Assembly: GCA_013239625.1 (NCBI GenBank)
Contig: MU055269.1
Location: 3,535,225 to 3,599,224, forward strand
Source: Lama guanicoe
Lineage: Eukaryota
Reading direction: 5' to 3'
DNA length: 64,000 nucleotides
The position numbers and the translations under genes were made by a program. The notes below the pieces were generated by a model. The model worked only from the letters and a program-made list of their open reading frames with translations. It had not been told where the DNA came from and did not search any database. Of the stretch, positions 10,901 through 22,700 are shown piece by piece (position 1 is the stretch's first letter; each line of letters starts with the position of its first letter).

Positions 10901-13900
10901 AACGGTGGACAGACGCCCTGTCACAGGAGTCTCGGGCCAGGAGGGCGCTGCTCTCAGCCGTGGGCAAGGGTCCCCTCACGCAGGACCCTTCTGCCTCTCC
11001 CCCAGCTCAGGAGGCAGCACTGTCCACGGGCTGCTGTACAGAGAGGGCTGAGGGCCATCAGAGGGCAAGGATCCGGCCACCTTGTGGGTGTCGAGGGGCA
11101 GGGGCCGCAGACACAGGGAAGGACGTCTGAGCGGAGGGGCCCAGCTTGGAGTCGTGTGCCGTGGCGGCCCCTGGGGCTGGGCGGGCTGGGGTCCAGCCTG
11201 GGGCTTCAGCCTGCGTCCACTCTCCACCCCACGATGGCAAGAACTCAGTGGGTCCCGACGCCATCAGAAGGTGATGTGTTTCGTGAACTGCCCTGTCGTG
11301 CGCTGGACAGGCTCCTGCCCACACAGAGGCCCCACAGGAACATTTTGCTGACACTCTCCCAGAGTGACGTGGGAGTCACCCTGGTGCCGCCGCAGCTTTC
11401 AACAGGTCGTGAAGGACAGGCGCGGAAGCATCCAGCGCAGCAGACACCGCGCGCTCCTGCCCCTGCCGGCCTCCTGGGATCGCTGGTCCTGGCTGGGCGT
11501 TCACTCCGCCTGCCCCGCGAGGCAGGTAACTCACGCCTGGGGCGCTTCCCGGCAGCTGTGTTTGCGGCTGCTTCTCGACAGTCGGCAGAGCAGACAGGGT
11601 AAGAGTTTTAAAAGAGCTCAGGGGACACTTTACGAAAGAAGCGAGTTGGCCCTCATGCCTGGCTGCAAATCCAGGGCAGCGGAGCGAGCATCCCAGGGGG
11701 GTTTTAATTTAATCGGCCAGACACACGTGTTTAAGAAGTCAGAGTGTCCGCACGCTGATTCAGAATCTGAACTCTGCCGGGGTGCCACGTTCCACGCGAG
11801 CGTCTTCCGAGTGGGAGAGACTTGGTTCCCCCGCATCGTGTTGGTTTGTCGGGGCTGCTTTTAGTGACAGCCCTGCCTCTCAGGGCTGGGGCCTCTCGGG
11901 GCTGCTAGCGTCCACTCGCCATCTCTGGAGGATTCTGGTGGGAACCTGCTCGCCAGCCCCGTGGCGCCGTCTCAAGGAACTGTGTCCTGAGGCTGAGGCC
12001 GTCGGTGCCAGCCGGCAGCACTGCTTCTGGGAGACGCCGTCCCTCCCACAGCCACGGCGTTGAAGCTGTCCAGGCTTTGCAGTGGGAAGTGAGCAGGGTG
12101 CGTCCCCGTCGTGGGTGCCGGCCCACTCTCCCCTGCCCGCCGGTGGGTGTGAAGCTGCGTGAGGCTGCACACGGAGCTGGCTGGGGGGCGGGGCACGGGA
12201 GAGCCCCCGCACACACTCAGACGTGCCCAATCTGGGGCCCCACCTGGACTCTGAACAGCCCCTGGTGCCATGCTCCCTGGGGCCTGGGGTCCCCACAGCG
12301 TGGCACGTCCAGGTGGGGAGCCTGCGCCCCCTCGCTGAGGAAGGACATGGCTCAGCCCGAGACTCAGCTGCTGCCGGGCACCTGTGGGTACTCCACTGGT
12401 GTGTGATCAGCACGCGAATCAGACGCCGCACAGAGGGCAGCTGGCTTCTCATGTCCTGCAGCAGCCAGCGGCGGCCTTCGGCTGAGTGCGGCCCCAGGAC
12501 TCCAGCCCCCCGTGCAGAGCCCAGCCTGTGGTGCTCTCAGAAAAGAGATGCCTGTTCCGTGAAGGGCCGTGAGTGTGTGTGGGCATCAGCCCTCAGTGTG
12601 GAGGTGGCCTGGCTGATGGAAACCCACCCAGCGGCCCCCACGGGGCACCCAGGGTGAAGACGTCCTGTGGTCTCTGCAGGCTTGCCCGCCTGCCCCCACC
12701 CCACGTCCCACGTCAGCTTTGCTGGGCTTGTCTGGCCCGGGGGTGCTGGGGGTGTGGGGCCCGGGCCTTGGAAGCAGGGTTTCCGGCAGGGCTGAGACCT
12801 CCCAGCTCTCGGCCAGACGAGAGGGCACATCAGGGAGTGACAGACGGCATCCCCTCCTTGTGTCTCCTTCCAGCTGTCGGCTCCGCCTGGGGATCCAGTC
12901 GCCCTGCAACTGGGCATCTCCCTGCTCTGTGTGAAGGGGGATGCATCAAAGACAGGCGGTGATTGAGGAAGGGGTGGGGGTGGGTGTCGGCAGGCGGAAA
13001 AGGCGAGACCGAAGACAGTGACCCCCACCAGGAATCCCGCGTGCCCAAAGCCTAGGACTTGGAGGCCCCCGAGCAGAGTGCCATGCTCTTGCCTCAGCTG
13101 GTCTGGGGCATCAGCGGGGTCCCAGCCACACGGCCGCCGCACTGCCCAGGCGCCCTGCAGACACTCTGCGGAAGAGCTGGTCTGCGACATCCGGCTGCCG
13201 GGGAAGCCGCAGGCACTGTGGCCGTAACAGCAAACAGATGTGCAAACTTGCCAGCTCAGGGCCTTCGTGAGGCACAGCTATGTTTGGGGGAGGGTCTTCA
13301 TTTATTCAAGGAGGAGGCAGGGGCCACACGTAGGCCCGCAGCCTGGGGTTGAGGGGCCTTGCCTCCGCGTGGCCCCCCCGCCGCCAGGAACCCACCTGTG
13401 CGCGCGGAGAGGTGAAAACGTGATGAGGGTCTGCTGACAGCTCAGCCACCCGCGTTCGCCTTCAGTGGCCGGGGCGGCCGGTGTGAACTGAAGTGGGCTC
13501 TCACTAGTCGCTCTCGGAGTAGTTTGACCATCAAGGGGTCTCATGTAAACAGGGATAAAGACAGTGAGAAAACGGGGCCACGGGGAGTAAGCGCGGGCAG
13601 GACCGGGGCTGTGGGTCGGGACGGAGCCCGAGCGCCCGAGGAGACCCCACAGGCACACCCGCCCGTTTTCTTCCCCTCCGGTCCCCCTTCGTCCCCTTGC
13701 CAGCTCTGGGTGGACCGGAGAGCACCCTGGAGGTTGTGTGGAGCCTCTGACTCCGCCCTGGGAGCTGCGTGATCCCCGGTCCTCCGTTGTCTCCCCGCAG
13801 GAGCAAAGCAGCGGGAAGGAGGGACGGACAGCACTTTGCTCGCGTCAAAGGGCTCCCCCACCCTCGTCCGGCGGCTGAAGGGCTCTGCGCTGGGGCAGGT

Positions 13901-14341
13901 GCCCACTCGTCCTTCTGCTGGGTTTGTGGGACTTCTCAGCGCCGTCCTTCTGTGTGCTCCGGTTTCCCAGACACGTGGACGTTTATCAGCTAGGGCGTCG
14001 GTAGCAGCAGAAATGAGTAGTACATCCAAGTCAAGATTTTCGCTTTGATGACTACAAATCCGTGGGCCCTTGGGTCCAAGGCTTCCCCTGCAGTTTGCAA
14101 ATGGATTTTCACAGCACGTCAGTGCTGGGGGAGAGGCCAAGCGAAGCAGTTCTCTCAGAATCAGAACCAGCTGCTGCTCTCGGGGCCGATGACTCACGCC
14201 CTCTTTAGTTGGGTGGGAGGCCCGGGCAGGAGCCGCACAGGGACGCAGTCAAAACGCTGTTTGTTTTCGGAGGTCGCCGCCGCAAGCCGCCCACCCAACC
14301 CCCTGCAGCTCACGTTCTCTGCCTTCTCTCCCCCCTCGCAG

Positions 14342-14724
14342 TTCCAGTCATAAAAACAGAGCCCAGTGACGACTACGAGCCTGCTCTCACCTGTGGACCA
14401 ACGCGCCAGGGCCCGAGCCCCCTCCCGAAGCCTTGCTATGGCCAGCCGCTGGCCACGCCGCCCGACCCGGCCTCCTGCCTCGGGGCCGGCTTCCCGCCCT
14501 GTCCGCAGAGAAGCACCGGGATGTCCCCGCCGCCCAGCTCCAGCCCGAAGCTCCACGACCTCTCTGCTGCCCCCTACAGCCAGGGCGTGGCCAGCCTGGG
14601 CCACGGCCACCTCGGACTTCAGCGGCCAGCCGGAGGGGTGCTCACCGGCCAGGAGGCACCGAGGCCCACGGGCGTGCACCCCGGCTCCCCCCAGCTGCCG
14701 CCGCCCACCCTGCTGCAGCCACAG
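14342..14724 (+). CDS. NFATC1: NFATC1 exon 9 short form (383 bp, isoform B), ending ...PPPTLLQPQ
   Basis: Consensus internal donor CAG|GTGAGT at 14724/14725 in phase 0. Splicing to the last exon puts TAA (40702-40704) directly in frame, matching the known isoform B end (human ...LLPQQ*). Confidence 0.85.
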
Positions 14725-15031
14725 GTGAGTCCACAGCTGAGCAGCTGCTGCTTCCCGGGCCACCGGCCAGCTCTCTGTCCCAACAGCCCCTCCTCGCCAC
14801 CGCCGCCCGGTGCCCAAGAGCCGGCCTGTTTGCAGCCCTGCAGCCCCACCCGCCCGTCTGCGATGGGCCACCAGCAGCACCCCCCGCCGAAGGTCCCAAG
14901 GAGCGAGCCTGCCGCCGCCCGGCCTCTGCTGCCGCCCGAGGTGCGTGAGGACAGTAACCATAGTCTGGCCCCCATTCCCGTAACGGTCAAGCGCGAGCCT
15001 CAAGAGCTGGACCAGCTGGACCTGGATGACG
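14342..15031 (+). CDS. NFATC1: NFATC1 exon 9 long form (690 bp, isoform C): Pro/Ser-rich C-terminal region VPVIKTEPSDDYEP...VTVKREPQELDQLDLDD
   Basis: Pyrimidine tract and CAG acceptor ending at 14341. Phase 1 joins the exon 8 G to give GTT (V). Donor ACG|GTAAGT at 15031. Peptide aligns by eye to the NFATc1 C-terminus. SUMO motifs IKTE (14350-14361) and VKRE (14986-14997). Confidence 0.97.
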
Positions 15032-18000
15032 GTAAGTGCCCGAGGCGACGGTGCGGCAGAAGGGCGTGTGCGCCAGCGGCCGGCCGCCCGTCAAGCGGGA
15101 AGCGCTGTTGGTGGCACCTGCGTGGTTGGCTGTGCGGCTGCCAGCCCACGGGGGACACGCAGCTCTGACCAGAGAGCTCGGACGCGGGTCCCGGCACCTG
15201 TGGCCTTAGACCCTCAGGGGTCCTGTCCCTGGGGTGATGCCAGCCAACAGCTCGGGGGCGCGTGCACCGTGCGGGCTGAGCCGTCCTGCTAGGAGAGGCG
15301 GCCCAGAGCCCGGCGTCAGGCCCGGCTTGTCGTTTCTCGCCGTCCGAGGAGCCGCTGCAGTTGAGTGAACGGTTTTTACGCAGAGGCTGAGCTGCGAGTG
15401 AGTGGAATTTCACCCTGCGCAGCTCCGCGGACACGCTTAAGCACGCGCAGGCTTGTCAGAAGCTCAGAGAACGGATAGTAAAGAGCAGGCGCTCCCTGGC
15501 CTGGGGCTCATCCCAGCACAGGCAACCTCGCCCCGGGACACACCGGGCCCCCTCCGTGCAGAGATGTGGAGGGTGACTTGGAAAGAGGTGCCCTGCAAAC
15601 TCCCGAGTCAGGCCAGCTCATGTAGAGGACCTGAGAGCCGAGGTCCTCCTGCAGCGGTGACAGGAGGCACCTCGGTGAGGGATGGGGTCTCTCTCCCAGG
15701 GACAAGGTGCCGAGGGCCCGTGACGTGCTTGCTAGGACTCAATTCGGTGCTTTCGTGGGCCCTGCGTGGATCGTATGAGCGCCTGGCCTCCCGTCAGCGG
15801 CACAGCCCCCTTGCCCAGGTGTCGGCTGTTTCCCAGACCAGGGTGCCGACCAACGCTGAACACGGCTCCTGGCCTCCCCCAACGCCGCCTCGGCCTCCCA
15901 ACCTCCACGGTCAAGGCCTCTCAGCCCCCTTCAGCCATTTCCCCTAAAAAAACCAGCCAGACGTTGTGGGCGTTTCCCTCCCACTGCAGCCGTCTCAGGA
16001 GATGCCACGTTTCCCCACGTTCGTGTCCCGCAAGCCTCCCGTTGGGCCCTGTGCTCCCAGGACCCTGGGGAGAGTCTCTCCCGGAGCTGCCGTTCCGGAA
16101 GCAGGTGGCGGGCCCCACCTGGTGCTGAGGCGCACGTGTAGGCCGGCCCGGGGGCACGTGAGCCTCCTCAGGGGTGAAGTGCAGTGCCACCTCGGGACGC
16201 CGGTGCTGGCCCCCCTCCACTGAGTTGTCCCGTCCACTTAGGTGGAAACGAGGCCCCACAAATGCCTCCCCGGCTCGTTCCTGACTCAAGGCTACGAGCT
16301 TTCAAACACCCTTAAGCCAGGCGTCCTCCCAGTAGGACGTGCTCGTGGTCTGTAGGTGAGACCACTGGGGGCGCCACCGGGACTCAGTGGCTGATCCCTG
16401 GAGAACCGCGCTCTGGGCCCAGAACTGCCCTCAGCAGCTGTGGGAAGTCAGTCCCGCCCAGGAGGTGCCCGATTCACCCGGATGTGCCTGCAGGACCCTG
16501 GTCACCCAGCCAGACCCGCGATCTCTGCAGGAGCAGGGTGGCAGTCCGGACAAAAGGGGACCACGCGTTCTGCTGACCCTTGGTGCCTTGCGTTCAGCCC
16601 TGGTGCCTGGTGAGGCAGGCTGCTGGGTCCGGGCTTCTGTCTGAGAAAGTTCCGGCGTGGTCCTGCCGAGGCAGGGTGGACAGAGAGGAGCGTTGCCCCC
16701 TGAGGTCCGGACAGCCCCACAGCTTTCGGGCGCAGGCAGAGGACTGGGCAGTGCCCTCTGGCCCCCGTCCAGCTGCCCAGGCCCCTCTCATGGTCAGATG
16801 CAGCCTTTTTAGGTGGGAGGGTGGGCAGGGAGCGACCTGGGGAATGGCCCACGTCCGGTGAGCTCAGTGAATGCCCGTTCTGCTCCCTCGACAATGTGTC
16901 GGGTGTGAGGTGTGAGGTGTGAGGATGCTCGGTCCACGGCCCAGGCAATTCTCCAGGCCCCTCTGGACTTGGCTGAGAGGTCAAGGCTGAGTAGGACGGC
17001 CCAGCCGGAGGCCCGTTGGCCCAGGAGGGCCGCCGTGGCTGCACGGTGCTGAGCGCACAGGTGCAGCCCCTGGTGCTGGTGAGACTGCCCCCTGTCCCGT
17101 CCACCTGGTGCTGACCTCTCCTGGCCCTGACGGGCACTCCAGCCCCTCCGGCCCCTGTGCTTCCCTTCCCAAACTCCCCCGACCCCAGGGCCTGCCGGCC
17201 CTGCCCCAAACATCTGTGGAGCACCCGGCTGTCCACTTTAGGGCCCCACATCTCTCACCTACGTCATGAGGTCACTTTGTGGTAGGTCTCCTGTTCCTAA
17301 ATCCAACCCCCAGTATTCTGCTTCGCTCTCCTTGTGATCGCGGCTCTCTCAGAACACTGGCCTGACCCTGTGACTTCCTGTCCCAAACTCCCCGGACCCT
17401 CGCTGCCGGAGAATCAGGAGCCCGTGTGGGCTCGGCAGCCCCCGGCCTCCCGGCCTCGCCTCCCACGCACCCCACCTGCTGGCAGTCTTGGTCCACCGTT
17501 TCCTTGGTCCTGGGGCCCCTGGCAGAGGTTCTGAGACCCAGTCCAGTGTGGCTCCAGCAGGTGGTTCTCTCGGCCTCTGTTTCAGGCTGGAGCTCCAGGC
17601 CGTTTCCTGAGCGTCCACAGTCCCAGGCCAGCTGCCACGTGCTGGCCTCTGAGAGCAAAGCGGCGTTCGTAGTTTCGGTCAGGGCTGGGACCATGGTTAA
17701 GGCGCCCGTGCCAGAGGCTCCCTGGACCGCAGTGAACGTGCTTCTGTGAATCCACATGTTTCCACGGGACCCCCAGCCTCCCCAGCGTGAACTCTGAGCG
17801 AGTGTGGGGGCGGGTTCTCCGCTGGCCCCCTTGACGGGGGTGGCTGGTGAGAACCTGGCGGGGTTTTGGTGAAGCTCGGCTGTCTTGAGTTGACTGCAGT
17901 GATCCCAGCCCGTCCATTCAGTGTTCTGTGTGGTTGAGGTTTTTGGAAATTAGTTAGTCAAAGGGGAACAGTTGAAGCTGCTGCTCATTTTGGGTGGAGG

Positions 18001-19734
18001 ACGGCTCCCCAGCCCCGAGCCTGGGCAGGAGGGCAGCGCTCGAGGAGGGACGCGATCTGCCCGCATCTCCCGGGCCCTTGCTGGCCGCAGACTCAAACGG
18101 GTCTCTTCAGAGCAGAGATTGCGTTCCCCTCGTGGAGTTAACTTCTCGCTCCGTCTCTCCACCCAGTTATATTTCGTCTCCCCTTGCCCCACCCTGCTTG
18201 TGTTTAATGAGAGTGAACTTCAGGAGTTCCGTTTTAGTATAAATGTTGTTTAATGTCACCATCTCTCTTAAGAGAGTGGGAGACACTTCAGAATCCCTGG
18301 CCGGTTCGAGGCCGTGTGGCTGGTTTAGGAAGCAGGCCCCTGCAAAGTGTCTGCAGCGGGGGCGGCAGGGGCAGTCGTGGGAACTGGCTCCAAGGCACAC
18401 GCGTCTCTCCCTGTGTGTCTGGGTGACGAGTCGGCAGCCACCCAAGGAGGGTGCGTGGAAAAGAAGGTGGACACAGGGACAGAAAGCTGCGCTGGAACCT
18501 AGGTGCTCGATCTCACGTGGCCTTGATGTGAAAGCAAACGCCTCGTCTTTGTTATTTACACCCAGGGAGAGGTGAGAGGCTGGGGGCTGACGAAACGGCC
18601 CAGGAAACCGGGGGGGATGGGGCGGTGTGGGCGCGGGTGACGCCGCCCCCCACGAGTGCCCTGCACGCACTAGCCCTCGTCTCAGCAGGACAGGGCTGCT
18701 GGTTCCTGGGGGTGCTGGCAGGTCTGGCCTGCCCTCTCCTGGGATTTGCCCCCGTGCATCTGCGGCACGAAGGTGCCGTCCCCTGGGGCGGGGGGGACCT
18801 GGCCGTGCCCTGCGATTTACAGTGACTCAACCGCAGAGCGACTGCACGTCCCCAACCCCAGGTGACAAGTTAGGTGGTGTCCCAGCTGGCCTGGCCTCCC
18901 CGCCGCGCTGCTGTCGGAGGTGCTCCGCGGGCCAGTGGGGGCCGAGGCTGGAGGCATCCCAGCCTGTATTCCATCTCTGGGTTTCACTTGCTGGCTGCGT
19001 GGGAACGGCCGCTCTGAGGTCGGGCGACGTAGAGGTCCTCAGGCTTGTCCGTGACGCCGACGGAACCACGCCTGCGAGGAGCTACAGTGCGTTTCTTTCA
19101 CGTGCGTGCTGGCCTTTTATTTGGCTTTTTCCCAGGAGTGTAGAATGAAAAAGGCACTTGCAGGACATTTCATCAGGTCCCAGAGAGCCCGGGGGGCTGG
19201 GGCCCCGAGCACGGTCCCCCCTCGAGTCACTCGAGTCCCCACAGTTTACGCCTTAAACAGCACAGCACGTGTGACCTGCCCGTCTGCTGGGGACGCAGCG
19301 GAACGCGACAGGGTTAATGCACGTCCCAGAGCCTCTACTCGAGCCACTGAAGCGCAGGAAGACGTGCCTCCGGGTGAGTGCCGGCGGTCTGGGGGCGCCT
19401 CTGTGTTCTGGTTGTTTCCACCCTCAGATTTTGTTCCAAAAACGTTTGGCCCGTAAATAAGTTCGATTATAATTTATTCTTTGGTTCGACAATACTCATA
19501 AAACGTAAGCTCTCAATTTCGACTTCTCGATCCTGGCAGTACCACAGGGTGTGGTTTTTTGTTTTGAAATTAGCTTTATGGCCGCTTATTTAACACACAG
19601 ATTAAATATGTCATAAAGGCTGCACGTGAGCCGCGTCTCCTTTGTGACGTCTGTGACTTGCCCCCCGTGGGGTGGACCGCACGGCAGTGTCCCTCTGGTG
19701 CCAGGGTGTCCTGCGTGGAAACGCGGGCAGTTCT

Positions 19735-19792
19735 CGCGCACACACGCTCACGCACACGCACACACGCTCACGCACACACGCTCACGCACACA
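19735..19792. repeat. CA/CG-rich simple repeat with a CACACACGCTCACG-type unit (about 3 copies)
   Basis: Directly visible repeat; mostly alternating purine-pyrimidine. Confidence 0.9.
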
Positions 19793-22700
19793 GCAGTCTA
19801 CGTGTTGGGACGCACGCCCGTTTATGTCCATCTGCTGGGACGTTTTCTGCGTCTGTGCCGCCCGCGGAGTTTGCCCCAGCGTTTACGCGAGGGCCCTATT
19901 GTGCTGGCATGCGGCACCTCCTCTGGGTTTGCGGTGGAACCGATGGCTCCCGAGGTGCTGGCTCGTCTGCCGCTGCGCCCGCCCCCCACCGCCCCGTGGT
20001 CACCCGCCCGGCGGCCCCGCCACAATCAGCCCTTTCAGGCCCCGGCAGGAGCTCTCGGGTTTCCAGAGTCTAGGTGTCATTAAACCAGCAAGCAGGTGGA
20101 CCCGGGGGCCGGGATCACGTCTGCCCCGCGTCTGGCTGTGCACCCGCCTCACGCCCTCCCCTCTTTCCTGCGCTCGAGCCGCTCTGGGAGAGAACAAGCA
20201 ACTCCCTCATGGAAGGTTTCACCGACCTGGCCCAGGGCCCGGGCTGAGGCCTCCCCGCTGCCAGCGATGACTGAGGGTCTGCCTCGCGGGGAGCAGACAC
20301 GCCGGGCAGTTCGCACTGCGGATGGCGGCAGCTGCTTGGTGGACGGAGGCCTGTGGTCAGCCCTGCAGATGAGCCCTCAGGGTCAGTGCTGAATGCACGT
20401 GGACATTGCATGGACGTCTCGCGGTGCCCTGGAGGGAGGGCTGCTGTCAGCACGGTGACCCGCCAGCTGCATAGCAAGGTCCCCAGGAGACCCTGCACAC
20501 GGCGTCTCACGAGGCAGAAGGTCCAGCGGGCCTGGAGCTGCTGCCCGTTGCAGCAGGACCTCTGCCCCCGGCCCCAGGAACCGGGCGCCATGACGGCCAC
20601 ACCGTGTGTGGGTGCTTCACTGGGACTTCAGTCTGTCCAGAAGAGCTTGTGGCCAGCCTCCTGGGTACTGTGCCTACGTGTTGTCGGCCCAGCACGCAGA
20701 CTTTGCTGAAATACCTTAGTCCTCGTCTAGAGGAGCCGAGTGTCCCCCAGTGACGAGCAGAAACTGTTGACCCGTGTGCCGAGTTTCTCTGTCAGGCTGC
20801 GTGGCAGTGACCAGGCTCTGTTTCCGCTGGGTCCTGGAGGGGTGACCTGCCCCTTGTGGGGGGTAGGTGGAAAGAGGGCGGGCTCTGAAACGTCCGCAGA
20901 GTAAGGTCCTCTATAAATAGCGCACTGCCACCGGGACACATGCTGCTGCCACCGGCGTCCAGCTCTGTGACCTGCTGGGCTGTGATGTTTGAGTACCTCC
21001 TGTCCTTCTGACGGAGGGCGGAGGGGAGGGGCTTCAGCTCGTGTGACTCCGCAGCGGAGGGTCCCAGGGCCCGGGCACCGCTGGGCACCTCTGGGCACCA
21101 CTCAGCTGCCGGGCGTAGACGTTAGCTACGCGCTTTGGCTTCCTAGTCAGGTGTCCTCTGGCCCCGTCAGGTCTGTGAGCTCGGGGGCAGCTGGTGGCCT
21201 TGCTTCCAGCTGGTGTTGACCTTCTCCCTCAGCCCGAGGTCCTGGCTTATTTTGTCCTTTGAATGGAGAGTTGTCTGGTGTTACTCGTCTGAGGGAAGGA
21301 AGCGGGGTGCCGTCGGGGGACAGCGGCAGTGGGGGTGGGGGCAGAGCTAGGAGGGTGGGCAGAGAGCTGGTGTCAGACCTGGCCACGCGGGCGGGCAACG
21401 CGGGTCCCTCATCACGGGTGAGCGCTGCGGGCGGGGACGTGCTGGCTCGTGAGCACGTCGCCTCTGTGTGGACACCCTCCGCGTCCTCCTTCAGGGAGAT
21501 GAGCGCCTTCCAGCGGCGCCCGCCGGCTCTATCTCCGTTTCAGACCAGGTTGTATGGCCCTGGCCCAGTCTCTGCGTTTCTTTGTCTGATGCTGCACGTC
21601 TCAGAGTGCTTTCTCACTTAAGAACAAGCGTGCTTGACAGATGGTTTCAGATCTTGTGCCAGCAAATAGCACACCGCTGTGCTGTGCCACCAGAGCGTGA
21701 AGCCGGAGCTGGAGGTGCTCAGAAGCACAGTGGCCACATTGAGAGAGCCCAGCTGCTGATAGGCTGTCAGGGCGTGGCGTCTCCTTGGGGAGAGTGGTGA
21801 CCAGGGCAGCGGGCTCAGAGTAGCCAGGACCTGTAACCGGACCCAGGCACCACCAGCGAGCCAGCAGCTGGCACACCCGAGACCTGCCTGACACAGAGCG
21901 CCTTCTTCACGTGGGTTCTGAAGGAGCAGGGAGTGAGGGCCTCCCAGCTGTCCCTCAGGTCCAGGGAGAGGTTCGAACGTAGAGACTGTTTGGTAGTAAT
22001 CCTCTGCCCATCAGAGCTGAAAAAGCTGTTCCCAACCCAACACGACACAGAAAACCCAAATGGCAGTGGTAATGTTGATGTGCAGCCTTTGGTTCCTTCC
22101 GAAGTGACTTTTACGAATGTTGCCTGTTTGCGTCCACAGCCTTACGGCCGGTGGACGGACTTAACTCCTCCTTGCAAAGAAGGAAACAAGCACAGAGGAA
22201 AATGTTGTCTGACTTGCTCTGAGTCACACCGGTGAGTGACGAGCCAGGGGACTGCCTTGATCGGCCACCTCCGATGCGAACCCCGTCTCTACTCTCCCAA
22301 GGCTTGGCTGTATTACCGACTCTTTTTTCACCCAGTAGAGATGCAGTGAACAAAGATTTATGCTCAGAAGCCCAGCTTTCAAGTGTGAGTTGATTCTGCA
22401 AGCCAAAGAGAAGGGTAGTACGTGTTTTCCTTCCTCAAAGAATATCTGGTTATTAACTGAGGTATTTCCAATAACTGAGGAAGGCCTGGGGACAGACAGG
22501 ACTTCCAAAATGATGGGGAGAGAAGCTTGGCGAGTCAGCACTGCCCAGAAAAGCACTGAAAATACTGACAAAACTCTCAGGTAAAGTATCTCAGAATCTG
22601 GAAGTTAACCAGAGGCAGAACAAAAGGGACGCTGGACCTTGGTGAGAGAGGCAGGTTCTGTGGCTTTGTGGCTTGGGGTTCCTCCTGCCCCCTTGCCAGC

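Noticed and set aside
10445-11602. 385-aa + strand ORF, the longest in the window
   Set aside because: Intronic, Pro/Gly/Arg/Ala-rich translation with no recognisable domain or splice-compatible structure; long stop-free frames are expected at this GC content.
14194-15003. 269-aa antisense ORF
   Set aside because: Shadow of the GC-rich NFATC1 exon 9 coding frame.
15032-15168. In-frame read-through of exon 9 into intron 9 (GKCPRRRC...), by analogy with isoform A
   Set aside because: The donor is consensus (GTAAGT), I saw no nearby poly(A) signal, and the peptide looks like translated GC-rich intron.
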